Positions 11,237 to 21,499 are shown, counted from the stretch's first letter. The stretch: 64,000 bases of DNA from an uncultured Coriobacteriia bacterium (GCA_963768865.1 CAVYJL010000008.1:9307-73306), one strand, 5' to 3'. Program-made: numbers and translations. Notes: generated by a model not told the origin, from the sequence alone.

Positions 11237-11942
11237 TGCACCGATGGCGACACGGGTGCTCGTGGTGGACGACGAGGCGCCGATGCTGCAGGCTCTGGAG
11301 TCGATCCTTCGGACCGGATCCTACTCGGCGCTGCTCGCCTCAAGCGGGACGCAGGCGCTCGAGCTGGCGTCGTCCCAGCCGGTGGACCTGGTGATCCTCG
11401 ATCTGTCGCTGGGCGACATGAGCGGGCTCGACGTCTGCCGCGAACTGCGCACGTTCCTCAAGGTGCCGATCCTGGTGCTGACGGTCCGCGACAGCGAAGC
11501 CGACAAGATCACCGCCCTGGACCTGGGAGCGGACGACTACCTGACGAAACCGTTCCTCGCGGGCGAACTGCTGGCGCGCATCCGCGCACTCTTGCGGCGG
11601 GCGGCCCCGGAGTCTCAATCCACGGTTGTCGCCTCGGGAGACCTCGTCGTGGACCTTGCCGCCCGGACCGCCACCCTCGGCGGGCACGAGGTAGCTCTGA
11701 CGCGCACGGAGTTCGACGTTCTCGCCGCCCTGGCGTCGAACGCGGACCGGGTGGTCACCGCGCAGAGACTCATGGAAACCGTGTGGGGGTCATCGGACGC
11801 CGACCGCATCATCGGGCTGCGCGTTCAGCTCTCGCGCCTGCGCGGGAAGCTCGAGCCTCAGGGCAGCTCGCCTCGGCACATCGTGACCGAGCCCGGCGTG
11901 GGATACCGCTTCGTGACCCACGAGGCGTCGAAAGAGCGCTAG
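11226..11942 (+). CDS. KdpE-like OmpR-family response regulator
   Basis: VLVVDDE, ILDLSL, GADDYLTKPF, RHIVTEPGVGYRF. Confidence 0.9.
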   Translation: MTPDAPMATRVLVVDDEAPMLQALESILRTGSYSALLASSGTQALELASSQPVDLVILDLSLGDMSGLDVCRELRTFLKVPILVLTVRDSEADKITALDLGADDYLTKPFLAGELLARIRALLRRAAPESQSTVVASGDLVVDLAARTATLGGHEVALTRTEFDVLAALASNADRVVTAQRLMETVWGSSDADRIIGLRVQLSRLRGKLEPQGSSPRHIVTEPGVGYRFVTHEASKER

Positions 11943-12206
11943 CGGCTCGCCACCGACGGATTGGCTCGCCAGGGCCGCCGTCCGCCGAATTCCGTACTGA
12001 AATACCCGCACGGGTGTTCCCCCGGCCGTTTATGACCGCTAATGTTCAGTGACATTACGAAATGAAACCTCGGCAAGGACATCCGGGGGGTGGTCGTATC
12101 GATGTCGTGAGATCCCGGGTCAGCGGTCGTGCCGGTGTGCAGCCCAAGGTTGCGGCGCCAGGCCGTCGGCCCTAGTACCGTCCCATTCCTGACTGGGGGA
12201 CCCAGA

Positions 12207-13991
12207 ATGAGAACTGTTCAAATCGAGCATCGGCATGGCCGGCGGGTAGCGACCGCCGTCGTGTTCGCCCTGCTCTTGGTCCTGGTCTGCTCCGGGACCG
12301 CGTTCGCCGCGACGTCGACAGGCCCCGCCGTCTTCACGGCCGCCGCGCCGCCGGACGGCGGCACCGTCGCGTCCGTCAGACCCGTCATCTCGGTGACCGC
12401 CGGGGACACACAGGGGCTGCTGGGCTATCCGTACTACGCGCTCAAGATCGACGGCAAAGCCATGAGCCCGCAGCTCTCGTGGGGGAATCCCTCCCACACG
12501 GTGCTCACGCTGTCCTATGCTCCCAAGGCCGACCTGGCAGCCGGCGTTCACTCCGCATACGCGTCGGTGCGCAACACGCGGGGCTCCTACTCAACGTACA
12601 CGTGGTCCTTCACGGTGCAGCCGGTGCCCGTCCTGTCCTCGCCGTCGCCTTCCTCCGGAGCCGTGGTGTCCACCGACGGTCCCGTCGTGTCCGCGACGGT
12701 GAAGGGATCCGTGGCCGGCCTCGTGACGCAGGTCCTCGTCGACGGCGCCGAGGTGCCGAGCACCTTCAACAGCACGACAGGGATCGTGAGCGCCCAGACG
12801 AGCGGGCTGGCCGATGACGAGTCCCACGACGTCACTGTCACCGCGACCAACTCGTACGGCGGCTCCGCGACGCTGGAGAGCTCCTTCTCGGTTCAGATCT
12901 ATGCGCCGCTCCCCGCGAACACGGCCTGTGTGGACTGCCACACGACCTACCCCGCGGCCCACGACATGTCCAACTGTCCCGCGTGCCACGGCCCCGGATC
13001 GCCGGTGGGCGAGGGCTGGAACACACCGGACTACCCGCAGCACTCGTACACGCTGCTCGCGACCCGTACGTGCGAGTCGTGCCACAGCGCCGGGTACAGC
13101 ACGGTCCCTGCTCCGCACCCGGATCAGACCGCGCAGTGGTCGAGCATCGCCGACAAGCATGCCTTCCCGGCGACCCAGGTCATCGGCAACGCCGATCACG
13201 ACAGTGCCGAGGTTCCCAAGGACAACTGCCTGCTGTGCCACTCGGCGTTCCAGTTCTATCAGTACGGCGGGATCGTGGACCCGTCCGGGTCGCAGCCCGG
13301 CGCCATCGATCTGTCCGCTTACGGTCCGGTGGACCAGGGCGGCGGGCCGTTCTATGCCGCCGCGGCGTCGCACTTCGTGAGCCCCATCGACGCCACCGGC
13401 CCTTGGACCGTGTCCAACAACGCCGACTGGCAGGCCACCAAGTGCCAGGTCTGCCACGACCAGTCCGCGGCGACCCCGCACAAGCTGGCCAAGTACGGCG
13501 CCCTGCTCGACGCGACGTTCTACGTGCCTGGCCAGGGCCAGCTCGATCACTGGTATCCAGGGGTGGGCCAAGTGGGCTACTTCGACCCCTCGGCCGCGCC
13601 TGACGATCCCAGCGGCAAGGGCATGCCCGACGCCTACCAGTACACCGTCGACCCCACGACCGGTGCTCAGGCCACTGTCCCGTACGCGGACCAGACTGCC
13701 GACGGGGTCCAAGCCACGAAGATCTGCAGCTCGTGTCACAACCCCGACGACCAGGGCGGCGACCTGAACGCGGTCGTCAACGGCGTGGACTACGGGCCGC
13801 AGGGCGGCGACAGCCGCTCGTACGTGACCTCGAGTCACGCCGGCCTCGCGTGCGTGGACTGCCATCCGGACCACACGTTCGCGCCCATCTCCGACCCGAC
13901 CACGGTCTCCGCTTGTAATAAGAGCGGCTGCCATGACGGCTCGGCGCTGCCGGCCGGACCGGGCGTGGTGCACGTCAACCACATGCCGTAG
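12207..13991 (+). CDS. Secreted multiheme c-type cytochrome with N-terminal Ig-like domains
   Basis: Signal peptide (TAFA), beta-rich Thr/Ser domains, seven CxxCH motifs (CVDCH, CPACH, CESCH, CLLCH, CQVCH, CSSCH, CVDCH) plus CNKSGCH. Confidence 0.85.
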   Translation: MRTVQIEHRHGRRVATAVVFALLLVLVCSGTAFAATSTGPAVFTAAAPPDGGTVASVRPVISVTAGDTQGLLGYPYYALKIDGKAMSPQLSWGNPSHTVLTLSYAPKADLAAGVHSAYASVRNTRGSYSTYTWSFTVQPVPVLSSPSPSSGAVVSTDGPVVSATVKGSVAGLVTQVLVDGAEVPSTFNSTTGIVSAQTSGLADDESHDVTVTATNSYGGSATLESSFSVQIYAPLPANTACVDCHTTYPAAHDMSNCPACHGPGSPVGEGWNTPDYPQHSYTLLATRTCESCHSAGYSTVPAPHPDQTAQWSSIADKHAFPATQVIGNADHDSAEVPKDNCLLCHSAFQFYQYGGIVDPSGSQPGAIDLSAYGPVDQGGGPFYAAAASHFVSPIDATGPWTVSNNADWQATKCQVCHDQSAATPHKLAKYGALLDATFYVPGQGQLDHWYPGVGQVGYFDPSAAPDDPSGKGMPDAYQYTVDPTTGAQATVPYADQTADGVQATKICSSCHNPDDQGGDLNAVVNGVDYGPQGGDSRSYVTSSHAGLACVDCHPDHTFAPISDPTTVSACNKSGCHDGSALPAGPGVVHVNHMP

Positions 13992-14021
13992 CGAGGTTCC
14001 GACTCGCTCCGTCGCTTTCAG

Positions 14022-14053
14022 CGCGGGCCTGCCGAGGAATCGGCGGGCCCGCG
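14022..14053 (+). terminator. GC-rich hairpin after the cytochrome gene
   Basis: cgcgggcctgccga-ggaa-tcggcgggcccgcg; 14-bp stem with one G-U pair. Confidence 0.55.
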
Positions 14054-14231
14054 TTCCACGTCCCCATGGCCGCCGCCGCCGGGCACGCAAGTGGCCCGCC
14101 CCTCGCTTGGGCTCTCATCGCTTTCTCATCGACGAAATGAGACAAACCCCCCGTGCCATTCGTCACCGCTACCCCCGGGTGGCGAATGGCGTCTCACGAC
14201 AGTGCCCTGGCCCCGAACGGAAGAGGCCCGT

Positions 14232-15305
14232 TTGAAGCTCACGCCCAGAAAGGCCGCCTTGGTGTGCGTCGCGATGGCGCTGACCTTGGCGTTCTCCACG
14301 AGCACCTCGGCATTCGCCAGCCCGGATCTGGCATCGCAGCTCGCGGACAAGCGCGCGCAGGCCACCCAGGTCTCCTCGCAGATCGACGCGCTCAACACCA
14401 AGGTGGAGCTGGCTGCCGAGGCCTACAACAAGGCCGGCGACAAGCTGGCCAAGATCAACGACCAGATAGACGCGAACACCGCGAAGCTAGAGCGTCTCGC
14501 GGCTCGGCAGGCGGTGCTGGACACGCACCTGAGCACGCGTGTCACGGACATGTATCGCGGAGGCCGGCTAGGGATACTCGATGTCGTGTTCGGCTCGACG
14601 TCGTTCGAGGAGTTCGCCGCCAACTGGGACCTCATGAACCAGATGAACGAGAACGACGCATCGCTGGTCTCCGAGGTCAAGTCGCTGAAGGTGGAAGCGC
14701 AGGCCGTTCGCGTGCAGCTGCACAAGAACCAGGCCGCGGCCGAGGTACAGCTCAAGGCGCGCCGCCGCGAGAAGGCCGTCATCGTAGCCGACCTCGCGCA
14801 GCGCAAGACCGTGCTGGCCAGCGTGAACTCCCAGATCAAGACCATCATGGCCGAGCAGGCCGCCGCCGCGGCCGCCGCGGCCCGAGCCCGCGCGGCCGAG
14901 CTGGCCGCGAGCGGGGGCGGCGGTTCGGCCGCGCTCGCGAGCTTCCCGCTGCCCACCATCCCGGCTCACGGCACCGTCGTGGACTACGCCAAGTCGCGCC
15001 TGGGCGCGCCCTACGTCTGGGCCGCCGCGGGCCCGGACACCTTCGACTGCTCCGGCCTAGCCATGTGGTGCTACGCGCAGATAGGCATCTCGCTGCCGCA
15101 CTACTCGGGCGATCAGATCAACGTGGGCCAGCGCGTGTCGCAGGCCGACCTGCAGCCCGGTGACCTGGTATTCTTCGGCTCGCCCATCCACCATGTGGGC
15201 ATCTACGTGGGCGGCGGCCAGATGATCGACGCGCCGTACACGGGTTCGGTCGTGCGCTACGACAACGCGTTCCGCGGCGACTTCGCGGGGGCTTCGCGGC
15301 CGTAG
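14232..15305 (+). CDS. NlpC/P60 peptidoglycan endopeptidase with coiled coil (CwlO-like)
   Basis: Signal peptide, coiled coil, GAPYVWAAAGPDTFDCSGL, HHVGIY. Confidence 0.92.
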   Translation: MKLTPRKAALVCVAMALTLAFSTSTSAFASPDLASQLADKRAQATQVSSQIDALNTKVELAAEAYNKAGDKLAKINDQIDANTAKLERLAARQAVLDTHLSTRVTDMYRGGRLGILDVVFGSTSFEEFAANWDLMNQMNENDASLVSEVKSLKVEAQAVRVQLHKNQAAAEVQLKARRREKAVIVADLAQRKTVLASVNSQIKTIMAEQAAAAAAAARARAAELAASGGGGSAALASFPLPTIPAHGTVVDYAKSRLGAPYVWAAAGPDTFDCSGLAMWCYAQIGISLPHYSGDQINVGQRVSQADLQPGDLVFFGSPIHHVGIYVGGGQMIDAPYTGSVVRYDNAFRGDFAGASRP

Positions 15306-15495
15306 GACGCGTCGGGCCGCCTGCCGCGGTCCGAGGAGACCGCAGGCGAACGGATTCCATACGTTCTGCCCGTAACCAGGCCAAATGGCACCCGACTTGC
15401 CACGATGGCAACGCCCGATCCCCGATCGCGCTCGCAGGACCCTTCCGGCGCGGTCGCATCGCGCGTTCCCAGGTCCCGACGACGGGTGAGCCGAG

Positions 15496-17454
15496 ATGGC
15501 CGAGGCCGAAACGCCCCTGTTCGATGAGTCCGCTCCCAACGCCTCGCAAGAGGCCGCGGCGAGTGACGGTTCCGAGCGCCCCCAGCAACCGGAGCAGGCG
15601 ACCGTCGAAGCCGATACCGAGCCGCAGCCCGTGGACGCGCCGGAGGACACCCTTGAGCAACTGGAGCTCGTGACCCCGGATGCGGTCCCGCCGGTGGAGC
15701 CGGCCGTGGCCGCTCCGGACGACGCGGCCGCAACGCAGGTCGTCGAATACACCGCCGCTCCCGTCCCGGAGCCCGTGGGCATGATCGTGCCGGCCCTGGG
15801 CGAGTCGCAGGCCGAGACCGCGGACGCTGCCGCCCCCGATGCCCCCAAGAAGCGCAGGGCGGGCCTGATCGCCGCCGCGGTGGCCGCTGTCGTCGTGATC
15901 GCGCTGCTCGCCGGCGGTGCGGCTGCGGCGCTCCTGGCGTGGCCTCGGCCGGTGCTGGGCGCCAGCCCGGACGCGCTGGCCACCGTGAGCCTGCCGGACT
16001 TCGCCGGGACCGTGACCTCCGTGGACGTGAACACCGCCACGGGCACGCCCGTGCTCGTGACCCTGCGCAAAGGCAAGATCTGGCCGCAGTACCTGCTCGC
16101 GCAAGGACAGCCGCTCAAGGTCGCCGTCACCGTGGTACGGCCCGACTGGATCGCGTGGCTCAACGGGCGCACCAAGGTACGCACCTTCGCCCTCCAGACC
16201 CCCACCGCGAACCTGAGCACGAAGTGGCTGCAGGTGAAGACCGGCGCGCCGGTCACCGTCGCGTTCGACGACCCCGTACAGGTCGTGAAGCTGGGCCGGG
16301 CCTCGGCACGGACTCTGGCCAGCGGGGTGACCTCGGTGCCCATCGGCGTCGTTGCCGAGGGCGTCACCAGCGGAGGCCACATCAAGGTGGCGGCCGCCGC
16401 GCGCACGTGGGAGCGGCTGTCCGAGCCGGTGCAGGTGACCTGGTTCGCCGCCACGCCGTACCCGCAGGCGCTCATCTCGCCCTCGACGGCGCTGGAGCTC
16501 AAGCCGGGGGACACGGTCACGCTCACGCTCTCGGACACGACGAAGGCGCTGCTGGGCGGTGCCATGCCCAAGATCTCTCCGCCGGTGCCCGGCAAGTGGC
16601 AGACGCTGGATTCGCACACCGTGGCGTTCCAGCCCAGCGGGATGGGCTTTCCCATGGGCACGACGGTGAGCGTGCAGCTGCCGGTGGCGGTGCACGTAGC
16701 CGGACGCGCGGGGACCAAGGTCACCAAGACCCTGCAGTGGGACGTCGCGAAGGGCTCGCTGCTGCGCTTGCAGCAGCTGCTCGCCGGGCTCGGATACATA
16801 CCGCTCGCTTGGCAGCCGGCGGCCGGGGCCTCGGCGGTCGCGTCCACGACGGCGGCGCAGGCTTCGGCGGCAGTCGCGCCGCCGGACGGCAAGTTCACGT
16901 GGGCGTACCCGAACACCCCGTCTGAGCTCACGTCCCTGTGGAACCCCGGCCACCTGGACAAGATCACGTACGCCGCCGTGATGATGTACGAGGACGAGCA
17001 CGGCTGGCCGGCCGACGGCGTGCCCGGGCCCAAGGTCTGGTCCGCGGTCATCGCCGACACCCTGGCCGGCAAGCGGCACAAGGACGGCTACAGCTACGTC
17101 TACGTGCACGAGGCGGTGCCCACGACGTTGTACCTGTGGCACAACGGCAAGGTCATCTTCACGTCGCCGGGCAACACCGGTGTCGCGTCCGCGCCCACAC
17201 AGCACGGCACGTTCCCGGTGTTCGAGCACATCCCGGTGGGCACGATGAGCGGCACCAACCCAAGCGGGTCCAGCTACAACGACCCCGGCATCAAGTGGAT
17301 CAGCTACTTCAACCACGGCGAGGCGCTGCACGCCTTCGACCGCGCGTCGTTCGGCACGCCCCAGAGCGTGGGATGCGTGGAGCTGCCGGAGGCTGCTGCC
17401 AAGACCATCTGGCCGTACACGCCCATCGGAACGCTGGTGACCGTCGAGGACTAG
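15496..17454 (+). CDS. Membrane-anchored L,D-transpeptidase (YkuD) with peptidoglycan-binding domain
   Basis: Acidic N-terminus, TM helix, LQQLLAGLGY...ADGVPGPKVW, ALHAFDRASFGTPQSVGCV. Confidence 0.88.
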   Translation: MAEAETPLFDESAPNASQEAAASDGSERPQQPEQATVEADTEPQPVDAPEDTLEQLELVTPDAVPPVEPAVAAPDDAAATQVVEYTAAPVPEPVGMIVPALGESQAETADAAAPDAPKKRRAGLIAAAVAAVVVIALLAGGAAAALLAWPRPVLGASPDALATVSLPDFAGTVTSVDVNTATGTPVLVTLRKGKIWPQYLLAQGQPLKVAVTVVRPDWIAWLNGRTKVRTFALQTPTANLSTKWLQVKTGAPVTVAFDDPVQVVKLGRASARTLASGVTSVPIGVVAEGVTSGGHIKVAAAARTWERLSEPVQVTWFAATPYPQALISPSTALELKPGDTVTLTLSDTTKALLGGAMPKISPPVPGKWQTLDSHTVAFQPSGMGFPMGTTVSVQLPVAVHVAGRAGTKVTKTLQWDVAKGSLLRLQQLLAGLGYIPLAWQPAAGASAVASTTAAQASAAVAPPDGKFTWAYPNTPSELTSLWNPGHLDKITYAAVMMYEDEHGWPADGVPGPKVWSAVIADTLAGKRHKDGYSYVYVHEAVPTTLYLWHNGKVIFTSPGNTGVASAPTQHGTFPVFEHIPVGTMSGTNPSGSSYNDPGIKWISYFNHGEALHAFDRASFGTPQSVGCVELPEAAAKTIWPYTPIGTLVTVED

Positions 17455-17571
17455 GGCCGCAGCGCGCCGGCGGACCCCTGTCCGGGCTATGATCGGGAGC
17501 GGTGGCCTGCGCATTCTTCAGGCGAGGAAGCCGGCCAGCGCCAGTACCGCCAGCCCATAAGGAGCCGGACC

Positions 17572-18891
17572 TTGCTCAAGCGTTCCCTCGTCGCCGTGCC
17601 CGCGGCCGTAGCGATCGTGGCCCTCGCGACCGGAGTCGCGCTGGCTCTTGCCGGCGCCTCGAGCATCAAGATCGCGAGCAACAAGCCGGTCTCCGCATGC
17701 GACCAGGCCATCACGGTCACGGGAACGCTCGTGGACACCGCCACGCCTTCGGCGGCGGCGAGCCAGACGCTCACGGTGCTTCGCTCCACGAACGGCGTGA
17801 ACTACTCGCGCGCGGCAACCGGGACCACGAACGCGCAGGGCGCGTACGCCTGGACCACGAGCGTGCGCACACGCACGTACTTCCGGTTCACGTTCGCGGG
17901 CAGCGCCGAGTCCAGCGAGACCACGAGCCCCATCCTGCTCCAGCAGTGCACGGCCCTGTTCTCCAAGGTCTCCACGATCGCGACCGTGCGTGCGGGCACC
18001 AAGTTCGCCGTGGACGGCTACCTGAGCCCGCGCCACGTCGCCTCCAAGCCCTGCGTCCAGTTGCTGTGCGACTACTGGAACGGGAGCAGATGGGTCTACT
18101 CCCGGTGGGCTCTGGCCACCAACCAGGATGCCTCGGCGGATCGCACGAGGTACCGCGCGACATTGTCGCTGCCCTGGGCGGGCCGATGGCGGGTGCGCGC
18201 GTTCCACAGCGACTGGTCGCACCTGAACACCTACTCGGCGCCTCAGTACATCACGGTCACGCCTCAGTACGTGGTGGTGATCGATGCCGGACATCAGGGC
18301 CAGGGCGACTATCGGCCCGATCCCATCGGGCCCGGTTCGAGCATCACCAAGCCGGCCGTGGCCGACGGTGCCGAGGGTATCGTCACGCACCGCCGCGAGT
18401 CGTTGGACAACCTGGAGGTGTCGCTCAAGCTGCGCGACTTGCTCGCGGCCAAGGGCATCAAGGTGGTCATGATCCGCACCAGTGAGAACGTGGACATCGC
18501 GAACTCGCAGCGCGCCAAGACAGCCAACGCGGCTCACGCGAACCTCTTCATCCACCTGCATTGCGACGGTGTGGACGACCAGTCCGTCCACGGTCTGCTC
18601 ATGCTCGTTCCCGCGTCCGACCAGTGGACCGGGCCCATCGTGTCGTCCTCGGCAAGGGCGGGTCGCGACATCCAGACCGCGACGCTGGGGACCACCGGAG
18701 CTCGCGACCGCGGCACCACGCCGCGCTCGGACATGGCCGGGTTCAACTGGAGCCAGGTGCCCACCGTCATGGTGGAGATGGGCGTCATGTCCAACCCTGC
18801 CGAGGACCGGAACCTCGCGGCCTACTCGTACGAGCAGCGACTCGCGAACGGGATGGCCATCGGGATCGGGAACTTCCTCGCCGGCAAGTAG
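17572..18891 (+). CDS. N-acetylmuramoyl-L-alanine amidase (Amidase_3), secreted
   Basis: VVIDAGHQG, FIHLHCDG, VMVEMGVMSNPAED. Confidence 0.9.
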   Translation: MLKRSLVAVPAAVAIVALATGVALALAGASSIKIASNKPVSACDQAITVTGTLVDTATPSAAASQTLTVLRSTNGVNYSRAATGTTNAQGAYAWTTSVRTRTYFRFTFAGSAESSETTSPILLQQCTALFSKVSTIATVRAGTKFAVDGYLSPRHVASKPCVQLLCDYWNGSRWVYSRWALATNQDASADRTRYRATLSLPWAGRWRVRAFHSDWSHLNTYSAPQYITVTPQYVVVIDAGHQGQGDYRPDPIGPGSSITKPAVADGAEGIVTHRRESLDNLEVSLKLRDLLAAKGIKVVMIRTSENVDIANSQRAKTANAAHANLFIHLHCDGVDDQSVHGLLMLVPASDQWTGPIVSSSARAGRDIQTATLGTTGARDRGTTPRSDMAGFNWSQVPTVMVEMGVMSNPAEDRNLAAYSYEQRLANGMAIGIGNFLAGK

Positions 18892-18929
18892 CGGCGCGGG
18901 CTCGGCCGGGACGCTGGGCCGGCGGTGAG

Positions 18930-20219
18930 CTACCTCTCGAGCAGCGGGTCCGTAGGCTCGGGCTCGGGGACGGGCTCGGCCTCCGGCGCGCCGTGCACGA
19001 AGCGCCGGACGGCCAGGTAGCCGAGCCCGGCGGATACCAGGCAGGCCACCCCGCCCAGCACGAGCGGTGCTCGGCCCCCCATGGTGTCGGCGAGCAGGCC
19101 CAGGGCCGGGCCGCCGACCACGGCGCTGCCTCCCACGAGCACCATCTGCAGCGCCAGAACGCGCCCGTGCATCTCGTGCTTCGCCTCGACCTGGACGATG
19201 GCCGTCGTCGAGGTCATGTACACGATGCCCGCCGCGCCCACCAGGAATACAGCGGGCACGGCGGCGAGGACGCCGGGCATCGCGGCCAGCAGGAGCATCG
19301 TCACGCCCAGAGCCAGCGCGCCCAGGATGATGTGCGACATACGAACCATCACGCGATGAGCTACGAACAGGGCGCTCACCACTGCGCCCAAGCTCATGAC
19401 CGAATACAGGATGGTGAACGCGCCGCCGGTGCCGTGAAGGGCGTCCGTCACGAACAGCGGCAGCGTGACGTTGAAGTTGTACGCGAGGGTGCCCATCCCG
19501 GCGAGCATCGCGAAGCTGATCCACAACAGCGGCTTGGACATCACGTAGCGCACGCCTTCGCGGATCTCGCCTTTCGCGCGCGGCTTGGGCGGGCGCTTGT
19601 GCAGCTCGGCGGGTCGCATCATGGCCAGGCACAGCAGCACCGCCAGGTACGAGGCGGCGTCGATCGTGAAACACCAGCCGTAGCCGAGCGTCACGACGAG
19701 CAGGCCGGCCAGCGCAGGGCCGATGACCCGCGACACGTTCACCGTGAGGCTGTAGAGCACCACGGCGTTGGGGATGTCCTCGGGCGGGTTCATCTCGGTC
19801 ACGAACGAGCGCCGCAGCGGGTTGTCGAACGCGAGCAGGACGCCGCCACCGAGCGCCAACGCGTACAGGCCCCACAGCGGCGGATGCGGCAGGAACGCCA
19901 GCACCGCGAGGCCCGCGGATTCCGCCATCTCCAGGCTCTGCGTCCACATGAGCAGACGGCGCTTGTCGGAGCGGTCGGCGATGGCGCCCGCCCAAGCCGA
20001 CAAGAACAGGATGGGCCCGAACTGGCACGCAGCCAGGACGCCCACCGCGAACCCGCTGCCGGTGAGCTTGAGCACGAACAGCGTGAGCGCGACGCTCGTG
20101 AGCCAGTTGCCCGTGTTCGAGACCAGCTGGCCTGTGAAGTACAGCCGGAAGTTGCGGTTGCGCAGCGACAGGAATGTCTTGCGCACCGTGCGGGTGAGCT
20201 TGTTGCCGCCGGGGCTCAC
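18930..20219 (-). CDS. MFS transporter
   Basis: RNRNFRLYFTGQLVS and GAIADRSDKRRL; about 12 TM helices. Confidence 0.9.
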   Translation of the reverse strand: MSPGGNKLTRTVRKTFLSLRNRNFRLYFTGQLVSNTGNWLTSVALTLFVLKLTGSGFAVGVLAACQFGPILFLSAWAGAIADRSDKRRLLMWTQSLEMAESAGLAVLAFLPHPPLWGLYALALGGGVLLAFDNPLRRSFVTEMNPPEDIPNAVVLYSLTVNVSRVIGPALAGLLVVTLGYGWCFTIDAASYLAVLLCLAMMRPAELHKRPPKPRAKGEIREGVRYVMSKPLLWISFAMLAGMGTLAYNFNVTLPLFVTDALHGTGGAFTILYSVMSLGAVVSALFVAHRVMVRMSHIILGALALGVTMLLLAAMPGVLAAVPAVFLVGAAGIVYMTSTTAIVQVEAKHEMHGRVLALQMVLVGGSAVVGGPALGLLADTMGGRAPLVLGGVACLVSAGLGYLAVRRFVHGAPEAEPVPEPEPTDPLLER

Positions 20220-20809
20220 TACGCTCCCAGCAACCCGGGCAGGTCAGCGAGCTCGATCACCCATGCCTGCCGAGGAAAGACCTTGCTCACGAGCACGTCG
20301 TGGACCTCGGGGTCGCGATCGGCGGTTGCGTCCTCGAGCACGTAGAGGCGGTAGTCGCGGTCCGCGGCGTCGCGGATGGTGGAAAGCACGACGCCGCTGG
20401 TGGCGATGCCCGCGAGGATGAGTGTGTCGATCTCGCGCTCGCGCAGCTGGGCGTCCAGGTCGGTGGTGGAGAACGCGCCCACGCGCGTCTTGCGCACGAT
20501 CACGTCGCCGGGCTCGGGCGCGAGAGCCGGGTGCACTGCGGTGCCGGGCGCGTCTGCGTCCATGCGGCGGGTGGCCGCCGCAGTGGTGAAGCCCTTGTTG
20601 GTGGGCGGCACGGCGTCGTAGTCGGCCGGGGTGAAGGCGACCCGGACGTAGCCCACGCGCATGCCGGCTGCGCGGGCGGTCTTGATGGCTTGTGCGGCGC
20701 GGGACAGCAGGTCCTCGGCATCGGTCAGGTTGCCTACGACAGCCTGCTGGTAGTCCATCACGAGCAGGATCGCGTGCTTGGGATCGATGGCGGGGGCGGG
20801 TTCAGTCAC
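20219..20809 (-). CDS. Isochorismatase-family cysteine hydrolase
   Basis: LLVMDYQ, KTRVGAF, GIATSGVVLST; GTG start after AAGGAGA. Confidence 0.88.
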   Translation of the reverse strand: MTEPAPAIDPKHAILLVMDYQQAVVGNLTDAEDLLSRAAQAIKTARAAGMRVGYVRVAFTPADYDAVPPTNKGFTTAAATRRMDADAPGTAVHPALAPEPGDVIVRKTRVGAFSTTDLDAQLREREIDTLILAGIATSGVVLSTIRDAADRDYRLYVLEDATADRDPEVHDVLVSKVFPRQAWVIELADLPGLLGA

Positions 20810-20897
20810 GGGGTCTCCTTCGGGTCGGTGGGGCGTTCTTGCGCCGGCGGGCGCCACGTCCGCGACGGAGCGGCGAGACTTCCCGCTGGTGATACGG

Positions 20898-21347
20898 TCA
20901 GCGACCGGACTCGGCCAGGCGCTCCAGCAGCTCGATCGCGCGCTCGAGCGTGGCACGCTCCTTGGCATCGAGCGTGGAGTCGATCGCGCCGGAGAGCCAG
21001 GTCTCGCGCTGCGCCATGACCGATTCGCGGATGCCCAGGCCCGCGTCGGTGATGCTGATCAGCGTCTTGCGCCCGTCGTCGGGGTCGGGGTCGGTGCGCA
21101 CGAAACCCCCGGCCTTGAGTGCCGCCACGCTCTGCGCGATAGCCTGCTGGCTCACGTGCTCGGCCGCGGCGAGCGAGGCCGCCGTCGCCGGGCCCTCGAG
21201 GCGCAGCCGCTGCAGGATGGACAGCTGCGAGATTGGCAGGCCGGTGGATCGGGCGCTGCTCTCTTCGCGCAGTCGCGCACGCAGGCGGGTGAACGCTAGC
21301 GCGAGTCTGACCGCCAGCGGGTCGTCGGGGGGTGTGGCGTTGGGCAT
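20898..21347 (-). CDS. MarR-family transcriptional regulator
   Basis: LAAAEHVSQQAI...DPDDGRKTLISIT; heads the marR-hydrolase-MFS unit. Confidence 0.9.
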   Translation of the reverse strand: MPNATPPDDPLAVRLALAFTRLRARLREESSARSTGLPISQLSILQRLRLEGPATAASLAAAEHVSQQAIAQSVAALKAGGFVRTDPDPDDGRKTLISITDAGLGIRESVMAQRETWLSGAIDSTLDAKERATLERAIELLERLAESGR

Positions 21348-21361
21348 GCACCCATCCTAGA

Positions 21362-21395
21362 ACCCACAAGTAACTTGTGCAAGTTGCTTGTGGGT
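21362..21395. promoter_or_regulatory. Probable MarR operator
   Basis: acccacaagtaacttg-tg-caagttgcttgtgggt; 16-bp arms with one mismatch, 14 bp upstream of the marR start. Confidence 0.7.
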
Positions 21396-21445
21396 AACGA
21401 GCGCCGTGCGGGGATTGCACGGCGGGGCCGGCAGCCCGGCCTCGC

Positions 21446-21488
21446 TTGACTCCTTAGTAAGGTTTAGTATACAAACCTTACTAAGGAG
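21446..21488 (+). promoter_or_regulatory. Promoter and operator of the fic gene: perfect 16-bp inverted repeat
   Basis: ctccttagtaaggttt-agtatac-aaaccttactaaggag overlaps a TTGACT -35-like hexamer and the AAGGAGG RBS. Confidence 0.7.
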
Positions 21489-21499
21489 GTAGGGCAGTA

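Noticed and set aside
15057..20028. Very long minus-strand ORFs (674, 798 and 836 aa)
   Set aside because: Shadow frames of GC-rich genes; Arg/Gly/Ala-rich with no motifs.
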